Assembly (NCBI GenBank): GCA_014654165.1
Contig: JACWDK010000001.1
Span: 70,430-134,429 of the forward strand
DNA from: Pelagibacterales bacterium SAG-MED13
GTDB lineage: Bacteria; Pseudomonadota; Alphaproteobacteria; Pelagibacterales; Pelagibacteraceae
Direction: 5' to 3'
DNA length: 64,000 bases
The translations under genes were made by a program, and so were the position numbers. The notes under the pieces were generated by a model. That model was not told where the DNA came from, did no database searches, and was given only the letters and a program-made list of their open reading frames with translations. Below, piece after piece: positions 1 through 9,729 of this stretch (position 1 is its first letter; each line of letters starts with the position of its first letter).

Positions 1-106
1 AGGACCATAAAGATAAAGGATAATAGCTTAAAGGTCGATAGTCAGCGTTTAAAACTAAAGCAGGACATTTTTCTAAAGATGTTTCTTGATTAACAAAACT
101 ATTCAT
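1..106 (-). CDS. HNH endonuclease (McrA-like), 5' part only; runs off the left edge
   Basis: Hand translation from ATG at 106 gives MNSFVNQETSLEKCPALVLNADYRPLSYYPLSLWS. PALVLNADYRPLSYYPLSLW is the N-terminal motif of the conserved alphaproteobacterial HNH protein. Not in the ORF track. Confidence 0.75.
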   Translation of the reverse strand, partial: MNSFVNQETSLEKCPALVLNADYRPLSYYPLSLWS

Positions 107-154
107 AAGTAGATTTTAACTTAAATAAAAAATTATTTCAATATTAAGCAATTA

Positions 155-805
155 TTATATTTTTTTTAAAATATAATTTAAAGCAATACTTGATGACTCT
201 ATAGGAATATTGTGATCACAATTTTTAATCAAATGCGTCTCTATTTCTATATTATTTCTGATATAAAAATCTTTTGCTTCTAGCATAAAGTTTGGTGGGA
301 CAATTTGGTCTTTTTCACCATGGATCAATAATGTATCAGTCGATACTTTTTTTCTTAATTTTAAATTTTCTTTATTAATAATTTTTCCCGAGAAACCAAC
401 AACACAATTATACGCTTCATCAGAGGTTAGTCCTAAATTAATAGACATCATACATCCTTGGCTAAAACCAGACAAACAAATTCTATTATTTTTTAATTTA
501 TACTCTTTTTTTATTTCACTTATAAATTCATTCAATTTTTTTTCTGCTTTTAATGATTGATTTAAAATATACTCTGGGTTTTCATCGGTTAAATCAAACC
601 ACTGATATCCGGTAGAATTTATAGAACATCTTTCGTGTCCATTTGGACAAATAAAAATTGTATTTGGTAAAAATCTTTTCCAATTCAATGAAAGCATGCT
701 TATATCTTTCCCATCACCACCATAACCATGAAGCAAAATGATAGCGCTTTTAATGTTATTAATCTCTTCAGGTTTAATAATAGTTGTATCTAGACAAAAT
801 GTCAT
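155..805 (-). CDS. Phospholipase/carboxylesterase (alpha/beta hydrolase)
   Basis: LLHGYG, GFSQG nucleophile elbow, HGEKD and C-terminal His. Confidence 0.9.
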   Translation of the reverse strand: MTFCLDTTIIKPEEINNIKSAIILLHGYGGDGKDISMLSLNWKRFLPNTIFICPNGHERCSINSTGYQWFDLTDENPEYILNQSLKAEKKLNEFISEIKKEYKLKNNRICLSGFSQGCMMSINLGLTSDEAYNCVVGFSGKIINKENLKLRKKVSTDTLLIHGEKDQIVPPNFMLEAKDFYIRNNIEIETHLIKNCDHNIPIESSSIALNYILKKI

Positions 806-854
806 ATCGTATGATTTATGTTTTTTTATTTTTAAAACACCCTACAATACATTT

Positions 855-1058
855 ATGATTTCTGGAATATTAGTAAAAATATTAGCTATAGTTTTATTAA
901 TTACAGTTGGAATTGTTCTTATCTTAGGTATTGGTACTTTGTTCAAAGGTGGGGAGACAAGTAAAAAATATTCTAATAAATTGATGCAATTAAGAGTACT
1001 ATTACAGTTTATAGCAATAATAGTTTTAGTAAGTTTTGCCTACTTCTTTAAAAATTAA
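855..1058 (+). CDS. HIG1-domain twin-transmembrane-helix small protein
   Basis: Two TM helices with SNKLMQLRVLLQF motif. ATG 855 is preferred over the track start at 738, which overlaps the esterase. Confidence 0.8.
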   Translation: MISGILVKILAIVLLITVGIVLILGIGTLFKGGETSKKYSNKLMQLRVLLQFIAIIVLVSFAYFFKN

Positions 1059-1564
1059 TTATAATTAGATAACCAGTCTATAAATTTTTTATCATTAAAA
1101 TTAATTGAACCATAAATTCTCGCAAATTCAAAACCATCTTTATTTATTAAAATTGATGTAGGTATACCTCTTAACTCAAATTTTTTAGCTAAAGTGATTG
1201 GTGAGTCAAAATACAATTGTAAATTTTTAATTTCTAAATCTTCAAAAAATTTTGAGGCTTTTTGAATATCATCTTGACCAACATTTATTGGAAAAATCTT
1301 TAAATTTTTCAAATCTTTGTTAGATTGTAGTTGGTCTAAAGATGGCATTTCTTCTTTACAAGGAGCACACCAAGATGCCCAAAAATTCAATAAAATTAAA
1401 TTTCCTCGATAGTTTTTTAAACTTAATTCCTTATTTTTTTCGTCTAGAAAGACTAAACTATCGTATTTTTTTAACTCTTTATTAACAACAATGTTCTTTA
1501 AACCGCTAATACCGTCAGCGTAAGAATTGGTGAGCAAAAAAATAAATAATATTAAAATTCTCAT
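1055..1564 (-). CDS. tlpA: TlpA-family thiol:disulfide oxidoreductase
   Basis: LNFWASWCAPCKEEMP active site and N-terminal signal/anchor. Confidence 0.9.
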   Translation of the reverse strand: MRILILFIFLLTNSYADGISGLKNIVVNKELKKYDSLVFLDEKNKELSLKNYRGNLILLNFWASWCAPCKEEMPSLDQLQSNKDLKNLKIFPINVGQDDIQKASKFFEDLEIKNLQLYFDSPITLAKKFELRGIPTSILINKDGFEFARIYGSINFNDKKFIDWLSNYN

Positions 1565-1588
1565 GTTAAATAGGTATAACTAATTATC

Positions 1589-2980
1589 ATGACAAAAAAT
1601 AAAAACAATAAGGCAATATGGAGTACCAGAATTAAAAGTGGTACATCTACAATATTTCAAAGAGTTGGAAGCTCAGTAGATATTGATAAAAGACTTTATA
1701 AAGAAGACTTAGATGGATCAGTTGCTCATGTAGAAATGCTATTTAAGCAAAAAATAATATCTTTTAAGATTAAAAATAAAATTATCTACGGTCTTAAAAA
1801 AATAGAAAAAGAAATATCATATAAAAAATTTAAATTTAATAAACTATATGAAGATATTCATATGAATATAGAAAAAAGACTTTTTGAAATAATTGGAGAA
1901 GAGGCAGGATTTATACACACCGCGAGATCAAGAAACGATCAAGTAATTACTGATTTAAAAATTTGGCTTAGGTCTGCAACTAAAGAAATTGATATTTCTT
2001 TAGATAAAATAATTAAGAATATTTTAAATTTAGCTGAAAAAAATATTTTTACTATTATGCCAGGTTTTACTCATCTTAAAAATGCTCAAGCAGTTTCGTT
2101 TGCTCATTATTTAATGGCTTATGTTGAAATGTTTAACAGAGATAAAAAAAGATTTAATTATAATTTAGACTCATTAAATGAAAATCCTCTAGGAGTAGCT
2201 GCATTGTCTGGAACTTCTTTTAATATTGATAGAAACTATACTACTAAAAAACTTGGATTCAAAAAACCTACTAATAATTCAATTGATACAGTTTCTGATA
2301 GAGATTTTGTGTTAGATTTTTTATATGCTATCTCAGTATGTTCTATGCATATTTCTAGAATTGCTGAGGAACTTATCATATGGAATTCAGACGCCTTTAA
2401 CCTAATAAACCTGTCTGACAAAATAGTGACGGGTTCATCAATTATGCCTCAAAAAAAGAATCCAGATTTACTTGAATACTTAAGAGGAAAATCTGGTATT
2501 ACATATGGAAATTTATTTTCTATGCTTACAATTTTAAAAAGTTTGCCCTTATCTTATTTCAAGGACCTTCAAGATGATAAAGAAATAGTTTTTAAATCAA
2601 ATGATACACTGTTAGGTTGTTTGAAGATATTTGAGGAAGTTCTTAAAAATTTTACACCAAACAAAAAACAAATGCTTAAGCTTGCAAGTTCTGGATATAT
2701 CACTGCTACTGACTTAGCTGATTATCTTGTAAAAAATCACTCAATGTCTTTTAGAAAAGCTTATCAAAAAACAGCAGATATAGTAAATTTGGCAGAAAAA
2801 AATAAAATAAATTTAGAACAACTAACTCTTCAGGACTTAAAAAAAATTGAACCAAAGTTAACTAATGAGGTTTTAAAAGTATTTGATCTTAAAAATTCTA
2901 TAAATTCAAAAAAATCGTATGGCGGAACATCTTTTGATAATATTAAAAAGATGATAATTAAATATAAAAAACAAAAATGA
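1589..2980 (+). CDS. argH: Argininosuccinate lyase
   Basis: HTARSRNDQ, MPGFTHL and GSSIMPQKKNPD signatures. Confidence 0.97.
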   Translation: MTKNKNNKAIWSTRIKSGTSTIFQRVGSSVDIDKRLYKEDLDGSVAHVEMLFKQKIISFKIKNKIIYGLKKIEKEISYKKFKFNKLYEDIHMNIEKRLFEIIGEEAGFIHTARSRNDQVITDLKIWLRSATKEIDISLDKIIKNILNLAEKNIFTIMPGFTHLKNAQAVSFAHYLMAYVEMFNRDKKRFNYNLDSLNENPLGVAALSGTSFNIDRNYTTKKLGFKKPTNNSIDTVSDRDFVLDFLYAISVCSMHISRIAEELIIWNSDAFNLINLSDKIVTGSSIMPQKKNPDLLEYLRGKSGITYGNLFSMLTILKSLPLSYFKDLQDDKEIVFKSNDTLLGCLKIFEEVLKNFTPNKKQMLKLASSGYITATDLADYLVKNHSMSFRKAYQKTADIVNLAEKNKINLEQLTLQDLKKIEPKLTNEVLKVFDLKNSINSKKSYGGTSFDNIKKMIIKYKKQK

Positions 2981-3108
2981 TTAAAAAAATTTTTATAAGT
3001 GTAGTCTTACTCAGTTTTATCATTTCCTGTGGTAAAAAGGGGGACCCAGTGTATAACGATCAAGATAAAAAAGCTGAGATACAAAGACCTATGATTTTCT
3101 TAATTTGA
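2977..3108 (+). CDS. Small lipoprotein of the LptM/YifL/LppL family (43 aa)
   Basis: Hand translation MIKKIFISVVLLSFIISCGKKGDPVYNDQDKKAEIQRPMIFLI with lipobox and CGxKG motif. ATGA overlap with argH and TGATG overlap with lysA. Confidence 0.8.
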   Translation: MIKKIFISVVLLSFIISCGKKGDPVYNDQDKKAEIQRPMIFLI

Positions 3109-4322
3109 TGAAATATATTAATAAAAAACTTACAATTGAGAAAATTGAAATAGAAAATATTGCCAGAAAATTTAATACTCCAGCATATTGTTATTCATAC
3201 AAAAAATTAAGAGATAATATCAAAAATTTCAAATCAAGTTTTAAATCTTTTTCACCATTAATTTGTTTCTCACTAAAATCTAATACAAATTTAAATTTGA
3301 TTAGAGAAATCAAGAAATTTGGATTAGGAGCAGATGTTGTATCAATGGGGGAATTAATGATGGCGCTCAAGGCTGGGATTAACCCAAACAAAATTGTTTT
3401 TTCTGGGGTTGGGAAAACTACAAGTGAAATAGATTTTGCTATAAATAAAAACATCTTTCTTATTAATGCTGAATCAAAAAGTGAAATAATAGAAATTGAT
3501 AGGATTGCAAAATTAAAAAAAAAACAAGTACAAATTGGCATTAGATTAAACCCTAATACTGATGCAAAAACATTAAATCAAATTTCAACTGGAAAAAAAG
3601 AAAATAAATTTGGTGTTAATGATAAAACATTTAATGAACTTGTTAAATTTTGTATAAATTCTAAATATATAAATCTTAAATGTTTAAGTGTTCATATAGG
3701 AAGCCAAATTCTAGACCATAAACCCTACGAAAAAATGTTAAAAATAATAAGTAAGATAATTAAAAAAATTAATTATAATTTTGAATTTATTGATTTAGGT
3801 GGAGGGATGGGTATTTCATACAAAAATAACAGTAAAAAACTTAATTATAAGAAATATGATATAGCAATTAAAAAATTTTTAAAAAATCATAGATGTAAAA
3901 TTATATTTGAACCAGGAAGATCGATTGTTGGAAATACTGGCTTCTTAATTTCAAGAGTAATTTATATAAAAAATAACGCTGGAAAAAAATTTATAATTTT
4001 AGATGCGGCTATGAATGATTTAATAAGACCAGCATTATACGGAGCTACTCACAATATATTACCTTCTTCAAAAATAAGTAAAAGATCAAAAAAAATTTAC
4101 GAATTTGTAGGTCCAATTTGTGAAACTACAGATAAATTCCTAACGATTAAAAATTTTCAAGATTTAAAAGAAAAAGATCTTGTCGTTCTATGCGATGTGG
4201 GAGCTTATGGAATGTCCTTAAGTTCAAACTATAATTTAAGACCTAAACCAGTTGAATTATTGATTAAAGGATCAAAAATAAAAATTCTTAAGAAAAGACA
4301 GAAGCATAAAGATTTAATGTAG
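3108..4322 (+). CDS. lysA: Diaminopimelate decarboxylase
   Basis: SLKSN (PLP lysine), HIGSQ, DLGGG, EPGR, GPICE, GAYG...SNYN motifs; ATG at 3108. Confidence 0.96.
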   Translation: MKYINKKLTIEKIEIENIARKFNTPAYCYSYKKLRDNIKNFKSSFKSFSPLICFSLKSNTNLNLIREIKKFGLGADVVSMGELMMALKAGINPNKIVFSGVGKTTSEIDFAINKNIFLINAESKSEIIEIDRIAKLKKKQVQIGIRLNPNTDAKTLNQISTGKKENKFGVNDKTFNELVKFCINSKYINLKCLSVHIGSQILDHKPYEKMLKIISKIIKKINYNFEFIDLGGGMGISYKNNSKKLNYKKYDIAIKKFLKNHRCKIIFEPGRSIVGNTGFLISRVIYIKNNAGKKFIILDAAMNDLIRPALYGATHNILPSSKISKRSKKIYEFVGPICETTDKFLTIKNFQDLKEKDLVVLCDVGAYGMSLSSNYNLRPKPVELLIKGSKIKILKKRQKHKDLM

Positions 4323-4325
4323 CTT

Positions 4326-5036
4326 TTGAAATTAATGATTAGAAATTTTATATTTTCAATATTCTTTTTTACAGGAATAGTAATAATTTCTTTAATTTTT
4401 CTTCCCTCATTTTTTTTACCTCAAAAAATCGTAATATTTGGTGGAAAATTAATGGGTTATTGGACAGAATTTTGTTTAAGGGTTTTTTTATCAACTAAAA
4501 TTATAATTAAAGGAAAAGAGAATATTGTTAAAAATCAAAAATTTTTTATCGCTGCTTCCCACCAATCTATGTTCGAAACTTTTTATCTACAAACTATTTT
4601 TAATTCTCCAATTTTTATACTGAAAAATGAATTACTTTTGATACCTATATTTGGTTGGTATTTAAAGAAAATTGGTTCAATTTCAATTAAAAGAAATAAA
4701 GTAACAAAAGATAATTTGGGATTTTTAGAAGAAGTTTTTAAAAAAGTAACAAATTCTAATCGACCTTTAATAATTTTTCCTCAAGGTACAAGGGTTTTAC
4801 CTAATGAAAGACCAAATTTTAAAAAGGGAGCTGCAAGAATTTATGAAAAGTTAAAGATTGCTTGCCAACCAATTGCTATTAACTCCGGTCAGGTTTGGCC
4901 AAAAAAAGGTGTAAAAATTTATAAGAAGAATATTACGATATCAATCCTGCCACAAATTAAAAATGATTTAAACAAAGAGGAATTTATTAAAATATTAGAG
5001 GAAAAAATTTATTCTGAATTAGATGTAATTTCTTAA
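4326..5036 (+). CDS. plsC: 1-acyl-sn-glycerol-3-phosphate acyltransferase
   Basis: HQSMFE and FPQGTR acyltransferase motifs; start could be ATG 4335. Confidence 0.88.
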   Translation: MKLMIRNFIFSIFFFTGIVIISLIFLPSFFLPQKIVIFGGKLMGYWTEFCLRVFLSTKIIIKGKENIVKNQKFFIAASHQSMFETFYLQTIFNSPIFILKNELLLIPIFGWYLKKIGSISIKRNKVTKDNLGFLEEVFKKVTNSNRPLIIFPQGTRVLPNERPNFKKGAARIYEKLKIACQPIAINSGQVWPKKGVKIYKKNITISILPQIKNDLNKEEFIKILEEKIYSELDVIS

Positions 5037-6145
5037 CCTTTCATTGGCATAACGACATATATGCTATCAAAATCACCAGGGTCTTTTATCAAAGCAGGTG
5101 AACCAGTATCATTAAAGAATATTTCAATATTTTCTCCATCAAGTTGAGAAGCAACATCAATTAGATATCTAGAATTAAAACTTATTTCTAATTCATGGTC
5201 AAATTTCACTACCAATGTTTCATTTCCATCTCCACTATTGGCATTATTAACAGATAAACTTAAAGAATTTTCAGATAAATTAAATTTAACACCATCTTTT
5301 TTATCTAGAGAAACTGAAGCTACTCTATCTACAGATCCTAAAAACAACTTTAAATTAGTTTCTAATTTTTTTTGATTATTTTTTGGTATAACTTGAATAT
5401 AATTTGGAAATTTACCATCAATTAATTTTGAAATTAATATACTATTGTTTAATTCAAACTTAATTTTTGATTTTAAATTTGAGATTTTTATATTTCCATC
5501 ATAATTATCTAAAATTGAGCAAAGTTGAAAAATCGTTTTTTTAGGTAGAATAACTGGATCAAAATTTATTTTTTTTTCTAATCTAATTTTTGAAATAGAC
5601 ATTCTATGACTATCGGTTGCTACAGCAGTAAGGTAAACTTTATCATCCACTTCTGTCTGATGTAGATAAATACCACTTAGATAGTGTCGAGTTTCATCAT
5701 TAGAAACTGAAAATTTACATTTATTAAGTAATTTTAAAAATTGTTTCGAATTAATATCAAATTCATTCTCATTAAAGTTTTCATCTGTTAAAGGAAATTC
5801 TGAAGGATTAATGCAGTTTAAATTAAAAATTGATTTCTCAGACTCTAATTGAAGCTTACTAGCATCTGTCAAAGATATATTAATTTTTTTACCTGATGAA
5901 AATTTCCTAACTATATCATACATGATAGATGATGTCGTAGTGGTTTTACCTTCTGTCAAAACTTCAATATTATTTATTTGATGTATAAAAATTAAATCTA
6001 AATCGGTAGCTGTCATTGTTAACTTTGAATTTTTAACATCTAACAAAATATTCGATAAAATAGGTAAAGTGCTTCTTTTTTCAATTACACCTTGGCAATA
6101 ATTTAGAGCTTGTTGAAGATCTTGTTGATTTACATTAAATTTCAT
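5033..6145 (-). CDS. dnaN: DNA polymerase III beta clamp
   Basis: PILSNIL, ATDLD, VATDSHRM, GKFPNY, C-terminal VVMPM; downstream of dnaA. Confidence 0.97.
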   Translation of the reverse strand: MKFNVNQQDLQQALNYCQGVIEKRSTLPILSNILLDVKNSKLTMTATDLDLIFIHQINNIEVLTEGKTTTTSSIMYDIVRKFSSGKKINISLTDASKLQLESEKSIFNLNCINPSEFPLTDENFNENEFDINSKQFLKLLNKCKFSVSNDETRHYLSGIYLHQTEVDDKVYLTAVATDSHRMSISKIRLEKKINFDPVILPKKTIFQLCSILDNYDGNIKISNLKSKIKFELNNSILISKLIDGKFPNYIQVIPKNNQKKLETNLKLFLGSVDRVASVSLDKKDGVKFNLSENSLSLSVNNANSGDGNETLVVKFDHELEISFNSRYLIDVASQLDGENIEIFFNDTGSPALIKDPGDFDSIYVVMPMKG

Positions 6146-7544
6146 TTTCTTTATTATAGAGTACCTGATTTTTTAATTTATTTATATTTTCTAACATTTC
6201 TGGATCACGTTCTTTTAATTTTTCTATTGTTTTAACCGAATGAATTATAGTGGTATGATCTCGATTTGAAAATTCTCTTCCAATTTCAGGTAAAGATTTT
6301 GAAGTAAGAATCTTAGTTAGATAAATTGCAGTTTGCCTTGGTCTTACTAAATATCTAGATCTTCTTGAAGACAACATTTCATTTTTACTAATTTTAAAAT
6401 ATTTACAAACTATTGTTTGAATCGAGTCTATTGTTACTTTGTTTTCTGATAGATTAAGCAAATCTTTTAATACAATTTTAATCTCGGATAAATTTGGAGT
6501 TTTGTTATAAATTCGAGAGAATGAAATTATTCTATTTATTGCTCCAATCAATTCCCTTATGCTAGCAGTAACTTCAGTACTTATAAAATTTTGAATTTCT
6601 TTTGAAATATTAATATTTTCAGAATACAAATTATTAAGTTCATTAATTTTATTTTCTACAATTCTTTTTCTCAATTCATAGTCTGGTTTTTGAATATCAA
6701 CCACTAAACCTCCAGAAAATCTTGATTTAATTCTTTCTTGAATTCTAGATAATTTATTTGGCGGTCTATCAGCTGACAATATTATTTGAGAGCCTTTTTC
6801 TAATAAAGAATTAAAAGTATGAAAAAACTCTTCTTGCATAGCTTCTTTTCCATTCATAAATTGAATATCATCTATTAGCAAAACATCAGTATTTCTAAAA
6901 TACTCTTTAAATTTTACCATATCATTTGATTTAATGGATTTAACAAATTGATACATAAAACGCTCTGCTGAAATGAACATAACTTTATTATTTTTCTTAA
7001 GTTGAAGGCCAATTGAGTTTAATAGATGTGTCTTACCCATTCCTACCCCTCCGTAAACATAAAGAGGATTGTAATGTGAAATATTTTCTGAAACTTTTAA
7101 TGATGCTTCATAAGCAAGTTTATTGCTAGATCCAGTAAAAAAATTATTAAAATTTTTGTTTGGATCAATCCTATTATATTGTAAATAAGAATCTTTTATG
7201 AATGATACATTTTCTCTGATTTCAAAAGTTTCTTTTGTCGCTTGTTTTTCGTCATTTTTATTAGCTTTAATATCTAATATTTTAAATTCAATTCTAACAA
7301 TATTTTTTTTATATTGTTTAACTAGTTGTAAAATTTGATCTAAATATCTTGATGTAATCCAATCACGAATGAATCTAGTGGGAACAGATAACAAAATATA
7401 ATTATTAAATTCTTCTAAAAAATTAATTTTTTTTAACCAACTCTCATAAACATCTGAACCTAATTTATCTTTCATCTCATCCTGAATTTTAATCCAATTA
7501 AGTGATTGATTATTTAAATCTTTATTTATTATGCTATTGTTCAT
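6135..7544 (-). CDS. dnaA: Chromosomal replication initiator DnaA
   Basis: GGVGMGKTHL Walker A, LLIDDIQF, RDHTTIIH domain IV. Confidence 0.98.
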   Translation of the reverse strand: MNNSIINKDLNNQSLNWIKIQDEMKDKLGSDVYESWLKKINFLEEFNNYILLSVPTRFIRDWITSRYLDQILQLVKQYKKNIVRIEFKILDIKANKNDEKQATKETFEIRENVSFIKDSYLQYNRIDPNKNFNNFFTGSSNKLAYEASLKVSENISHYNPLYVYGGVGMGKTHLLNSIGLQLKKNNKVMFISAERFMYQFVKSIKSNDMVKFKEYFRNTDVLLIDDIQFMNGKEAMQEEFFHTFNSLLEKGSQIILSADRPPNKLSRIQERIKSRFSGGLVVDIQKPDYELRKRIVENKINELNNLYSENINISKEIQNFISTEVTASIRELIGAINRIISFSRIYNKTPNLSEIKIVLKDLLNLSENKVTIDSIQTIVCKYFKISKNEMLSSRRSRYLVRPRQTAIYLTKILTSKSLPEIGREFSNRDHTTIIHSVKTIEKLKERDPEMLENINKLKNQVLYNKENEI

Positions 7545-7785
7545 ATTCTATTGGGGAAATATCAGTTAGAACCATCTGACAATATTTGCAAGAAATAATT
7601 TTTTAAATATAAAAAAAAATAAAATCTATGATTGTGTAAATTTTGATCTTTTAAAAATATTTAATGAATTAAGAATTGAAATAGAAAGTTCAAAATAAAT
7701 TAAAGGTTGAATGAATATTAAATAATTATTTACTAAATCTAAATATTGTGACAATAAATCTTGTAGTCATATATAATGCGTATTA

Positions 7786-7806
7786 TTGAAGTTGAATCAA
7801 CTTCAA
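7786..7806. promoter_or_regulatory. Perfect 10-1-10 palindrome TTGAAGTTGA-A-TCAACTTCAA centred on GAATC, between rpsT and dnaA
   Basis: Read directly from the sequence; central GANTC at 7794-7798. Function (operator, promoter element or hairpin) is inferred. Confidence 0.55.
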
Positions 7807-7817
7807 GTATAAGAGGG

Positions 7818-8078
7818 TTATATAGATGATATTTTTTTAGTGATTCTTGAAACGTTTCTTGAAGCATTTTGTTTTTTGATAATGCCTGTTTTGGCTATTT
7901 TCATTAACTCAGAATTCAACTTGGGTAAGAATTTATAAGCTGCGTCTTTATCTTTTTTTTCAATAAGAAGATTCATTTTTTTTAAAGCAATTTTATATCT
8001 ACTTTTTCTATTCCTATTTACTTTAGTTTGCTTGGATATTCTTCTAATTCTTTTAATTGCAGATTTAGTGTTAGCCAT
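7818..8078 (-). CDS. rpsT: 30S ribosomal protein S20
   Basis: MANTKSAIKRIRR... start at ATG 8078 (86 aa); the track extension to 8141 is unlikely. Confidence 0.96.
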   Translation of the reverse strand: MANTKSAIKRIRRISKQTKVNRNRKSRYKIALKKMNLLIEKKDKDAAYKFLPKLNSELMKIAKTGIIKKQNASRNVSRITKKISSI

Positions 8079-8087
8079 ATGCGAGGG

Positions 8088-8116
8088 GGTATAGCTTGAG
8101 ATTTTACCCTGGTCAA
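8088..8116 (-). promoter_or_regulatory. Putative sigma70 promoter of rpsT (TTGACC-N17-TATACC)
   Basis: 17-bp spacing; the -10 element ends 9 nt before the ATG, implying a nearly leaderless mRNA. Confidence 0.45.
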
Positions 8117-8128
8117 TCAAATAATTTA

Positions 8129-8992
8129 TTATTTTTGACAAATATTACAAAAGAAAGTTGATCTATTAGAAGTTATTTTTTTTTGGATTATACCTTGGCA
8201 CTTTAATCTTCTACAGCTCAATCCTTCTCTTTCATATACCTTGAAATTTTTTTGAAAATTACCTTTTTTTCCTGAAATATTTTTAAAATCCCTTATGCTC
8301 GAACCACCTTTTTCAATTGCGATATTAAGTATTTTTCTAGAATTTTTAATTATTTTTTTACAATCTAATATTGAAAGTAGATCAACTCTTTTAAACGGAT
8401 TAACTTTACTTAAAAATAAAATTTCACTCGCATATATATTTCCAATCCCTGAAACAAAATTTTGATCTAGGAGGTAATTTTTAATATTTTTTTTTTTGCC
8501 TTCAAAATATGAGGTTACGTATTCTTTATTAAAATTTTCATCAAACGGTTCGGGTCCTAAGTGAGAAAACCTTTTTTTTAATAAATCTTGATTATTAATA
8601 ATTTGAAAAAAACCAAATCTTCTAGGATCATTATATATTAATCTTAAATTTTCAAAGCTTATTTCTATATGATTATGTTTTTTTGGTAAAGTTGGAGAAT
8701 TGTAAAAACTGGTATTAGTTAAAAAATTTTTTTTACTTTTATAAACAATATGTATTGTCCCTGACATTCCTAAATGAATTAAACAATAGCTATTGTTAGA
8801 TAAGTACAAAATCAGATACTTGGAAAATCTATCTACTTTAGTTATTTTTTTTTTTTCCAAAAAACTTGAAAAATTTAATGGAATTTTAAATCTTAAATTT
8901 CTATTTCTAACTATGACTTTTTTTACCTCTTTTTGGATAATCTTTTTATCTAATGACTGTCTTACAACTTCTACTTCTGGTAATTCTGGCAT
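8129..8992 (-). CDS. mutM: Formamidopyrimidine-DNA glycosylase
   Basis: MPELPEVE N-terminus, HLGMSG, GIGNIYASE, C-terminal zinc finger. Confidence 0.97.
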   Translation of the reverse strand: MPELPEVEVVRQSLDKKIIQKEVKKVIVRNRNLRFKIPLNFSSFLEKKKITKVDRFSKYLILYLSNNSYCLIHLGMSGTIHIVYKSKKNFLTNTSFYNSPTLPKKHNHIEISFENLRLIYNDPRRFGFFQIINNQDLLKKRFSHLGPEPFDENFNKEYVTSYFEGKKKNIKNYLLDQNFVSGIGNIYASEILFLSKVNPFKRVDLLSILDCKKIIKNSRKILNIAIEKGGSSIRDFKNISGKKGNFQKNFKVYEREGLSCRRLKCQGIIQKKITSNRSTFFCNICQK

Positions 8993-9024
8993 TTGCTACT
9001 ATATTCAATATATAATTAATTATT

Positions 9025-9729
9025 ATGCAACAATATCTACAAAATAAAAAAGGACTAGTAGAAAATGTTTTTGATCAGGTTTATGGTCAATATGACTTAA
9101 TGAATGATTTTATGTCATTTGGAATCCATAGATTGTGGAAAAAAGATTTGATAAATATGATGAATCCATCTCCTAATCAAAAATTAATTGATGTAGCTTG
9201 TGGCACAGGTGATATAGCTAAAAAATTTTTAAAACACGTAAATAATAATAGTCAAATTACATGTGTAGACCCAAACAAAGGTATGATCAAAAAGGGACAA
9301 GAAAAATTAGGTAAATTTAAAAATTTAAATTGGATTGTTGCTCCAGCTGAAAAACTTCCCATATTAAAAAATTCATTTGACTTTTACACTATTAGTTTTG
9401 GTTTAAGAAATACTAAAAATCTGAATAATGCTTTATCTGAGGCTTACCGAGTATTAAAACCTGGGGGTCGATATTTGTGTCTAGAATTTTCAAAGATACA
9501 GAATCAAAGTCTCAATTTTATTTATAAAAACTATTCAAAAATTATTCCATCAATTGGAAATTTAATTGTTGGAGAGAGAAAACCTTACGAATATTTAATA
9601 GAAAGTATAGAAAATTTTATAAATCAGGAGGAGTTACTCGATCTCATGAAAAAAGAGGGATTTGAAAGATGCACGTACAGAAATTTATCTGGTGGAATAG
9701 TTTCTATACATAGTGGCTGGAAAATTTAA
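9025..9729 (+). CDS. ubiE: Ubiquinone/menaquinone C-methyltransferase
   Basis: YDLMNDFMSFGIHRLWK, DVACGTGD, ISFGLRN, LKPGG. Confidence 0.95.
   Translation: MQQYLQNKKGLVENVFDQVYGQYDLMNDFMSFGIHRLWKKDLINMMNPSPNQKLIDVACGTGDIAKKFLKHVNNNSQITCVDPNKGMIKKGQEKLGKFKNLNWIVAPAEKLPILKNSFDFYTISFGLRNTKNLNNALSEAYRVLKPGGRYLCLEFSKIQNQSLNFIYKNYSKIIPSIGNLIVGERKPYEYLIESIENFINQEELLDLMKKEGFERCTYRNLSGGIVSIHSGWKI

Noticed and set aside
738-854. N-terminal extension of the HIG1-like ORF
   Set aside because: Overlaps the esterase antisense; ATG 855 gives the typical size
7557-7587. Imperfect hairpin and CCCC tract just upstream of the dnaA ATG as a riboswitch or ncRNA
   Set aside because: Weak AU/GU-rich stem with no recognisable family features
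7651-7664. TTAA-N6-TTAA as a CtrA box in the dnaA leader
   Set aside because: The spacing is 6 rather than 7, and TTAA is very common in this sequence
7545-7817. rpsT-dnaA spacer as oriC
   Set aside because: AT-rich, but I found no good TTATCCACA-type DnaA boxes by eye (the candidates seen had about three mismatches); parS/mnmG point to an origin elsewhere
8079-8141. 21-aa N-terminal extension of rpsT in the ORF track
   Set aside because: S20 begins MAN(T/I)KS; the extension covers the putative promoter and overlaps mutM
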